IMG/VR virus record: IMGVR_UViG_3300022562_000053
Location: 1 to 37,560 of that record
DNA from: a virus
Taxonomy: Duplodnaviria > Caudoviricetes
DNA length: 37,560 nt
Direction: 5' to 3' (one strand)
This document shows, one piece after another, positions 36,365 to 37,560 of the stretch. Every line of letters starts with the position of its first letter. Position 1 is the first letter of the stretch. The notes beneath the pieces were generated by a model, which was not told where the DNA came from, searched no databases, and saw only the letters and a program-made list of their open reading frames with translations. A program made the position numbers and the translations under genes.

Positions 36365-36503
36365 GAAGCGAGTTCTTCGTTCTCTCGGTCTTCGTAGGTC
36401 GGTGGCAGGAGTCGTTCTCGATCTGGATGATAACGTAGTAGGTCGTCGCTGGCCTCGACTGTGCCGTTCCGATGACGGCGTCTATTCATGGAGGAAGTTG
36501 TGA
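36339..36503 (+). CDS. Small hypothetical protein (54 aa, not in ORF track)
   Basis: GAGGA SD; MSSLTRTIEKRVLRSLG...WRKL. Confidence 0.55.
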   Translation: MSSLTRTIEKRVLRSLGLRRSVAGVVLDLDDNVVGRRWPRLCRSDDGVYSWRKL

Positions 36504-36573
36504 TCTATACACCCCTCATACTAGTGGTTTTGCTGCTAGTTTATATCTATCTTTTCGTTGCAGGGAGGCTGTA

Positions 36574-36984
36574 ATGCCACAACGGATAAATCTCCATGGT
36601 GGTGGATGTTGCGGGATCAAGACTCTGTCGGGTTTTCCCGCTTTTCCTAACTCCAAGCTACTGAGAAAAGCCCAAAACAGATTACCCCCTAATGACAGGT
36701 ATGGGACTGTATACGGTTCTCGGTCGAACATGTACTGGGAGAACCGACCGGCTGAAACATCCGAAGACCGTCTGAGGGAGTATCTAACCTTCCTCAAAAA
36801 CAGACGACCAATGGGTCTAGTCGAGGTAGTCCTTACCTCCACAAGAGTACATTACTGGGAAGCCACACTCTTAAAGTACGGATTCAAGAGGAGGGAGGTA
36901 TTCTACAACTCCAACACGAATAACAAGCTGGTCCGTTTCTCTCTCGTGATGGACGGGAATTACAAACTACCGATTGAAAAGTAA
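36574..36984 (+). CDS. Hypothetical protein with GCC motif
   Basis: GGGAGG SD before ATG at 36574; GGGCCG...VVLT...W...GF...NS. Confidence 0.75.
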   Translation: MPQRINLHGGGCCGIKTLSGFPAFPNSKLLRKAQNRLPPNDRYGTVYGSRSNMYWENRPAETSEDRLREYLTFLKNRRPMGLVEVVLTSTRVHYWEATLLKYGFKRREVFYNSNTNNKLVRFSLVMDGNYKLPIEK

Positions 36985-36994
36985 GGAGACTTTT

Positions 36995-37560
36995 ATGGAA
37001 TTTCTACGTTTTGGTTCCTCCATCCCCGGTGGATACTGGGGTTGTTGTGCGATGGATATCATCCAGTGTTTCAAGCAAGACCCTGACGCCAAGGCTTGCA
37101 TCTCTCTCGTCGATGGCGACGGCGGACAGCCTCTTATCGGTAAGGACGGAGTCTTGTTCTTAGGTAAGACTTGGCATGAGATTTTTCTCAGCCGTCTCCG
37201 CATCAATACCTTCAATTCAGGTGACAAGCCCAACCACGGCTTCCTCCTAGTCCTTACAGACTGGCAGCTTACTTCCTCGACAGGCAAGAAGTGGTTGAAG
37301 ATCATCAAGGACGAAGGCTTCGAGTTCATCCGAACAGTCGATAACTCCGTCTATTCAGGCCCCAACACCATCTCAGAGGCTGGTAAGGGTGATTGTTCCT
37401 CCCACAAGAACTATCTCTTCGGTATGTTCCGAAACATCGGTACAGGTTGTGTCGGCAACCCCTATGCTCCCCCGAAGGAATGGACTGACCTTGGCTGTGT
37501 CGTCGATGAGCCTTGGCAGCATATGACGGAAGAACAACAGCTTTCTGCGAACAAGGCTAA
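36995..37560 (+). CDS. Hypothetical protein with GCC motif (3' truncated by window edge)
   Basis: AAGGAG SD; MEFLRFGSSIPGGYWGCCAMD..., open to the window end. Confidence 0.8.
   Translation, partial: MEFLRFGSSIPGGYWGCCAMDIIQCFKQDPDAKACISLVDGDGGQPLIGKDGVLFLGKTWHEIFLSRLRINTFNSGDKPNHGFLLVLTDWQLTSSTGKKWLKIIKDEGFEFIRTVDNSVYSGPNTISEAGKGDCSSHKNYLFGMFRNIGTGCVGNPYAPPKEWTDLGCVVDEPWQHMTEEQQLSANKA

Overview
Part of a dsDNA podovirus-like phage genome. The host is probably an alphaproteobacterium, inferred from GAAC-N7-GAAC boxes and gene content. Bases 1-8697 (+) carry T7-style replication and nucleotide genes: family A DNA polymerase, SSB, exonucleases, ThyX, a DUF5664-type dNTP diphosphohydrolase, an HD hydrolase and a class II RNR, with interspersed AT-rich endonucleases. 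Bases 8741-30094 (-) are a P22-like virion and lysis operon: TerS, TerL, portal, scaffold, coat, gp4-like adaptor, a gp10-like hub split into two genes, tail fibre, ejection proteins including a 1844-aa polyvalent protein, GH108 endolysin and holin. After divergent sigma70 promoters, an HNH gene and a probable terminus region, bases ~31200-37560 (+) form an early region rich in non-coding structure. It contains an array of alphaproteobacterial LexA-type boxes, a ~440-nt hairpin-dense segment, two small genes each enclosed by its own long inverted repeat and joined at CTAG, an H-type pseudoknot, a long-variable-arm tRNA with a UAU anticodon, and a helical protein gene followed by a closed structured RNA with 7-nt periodic repeats. 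All family assignments come from motif recognition by eye, not database searches.
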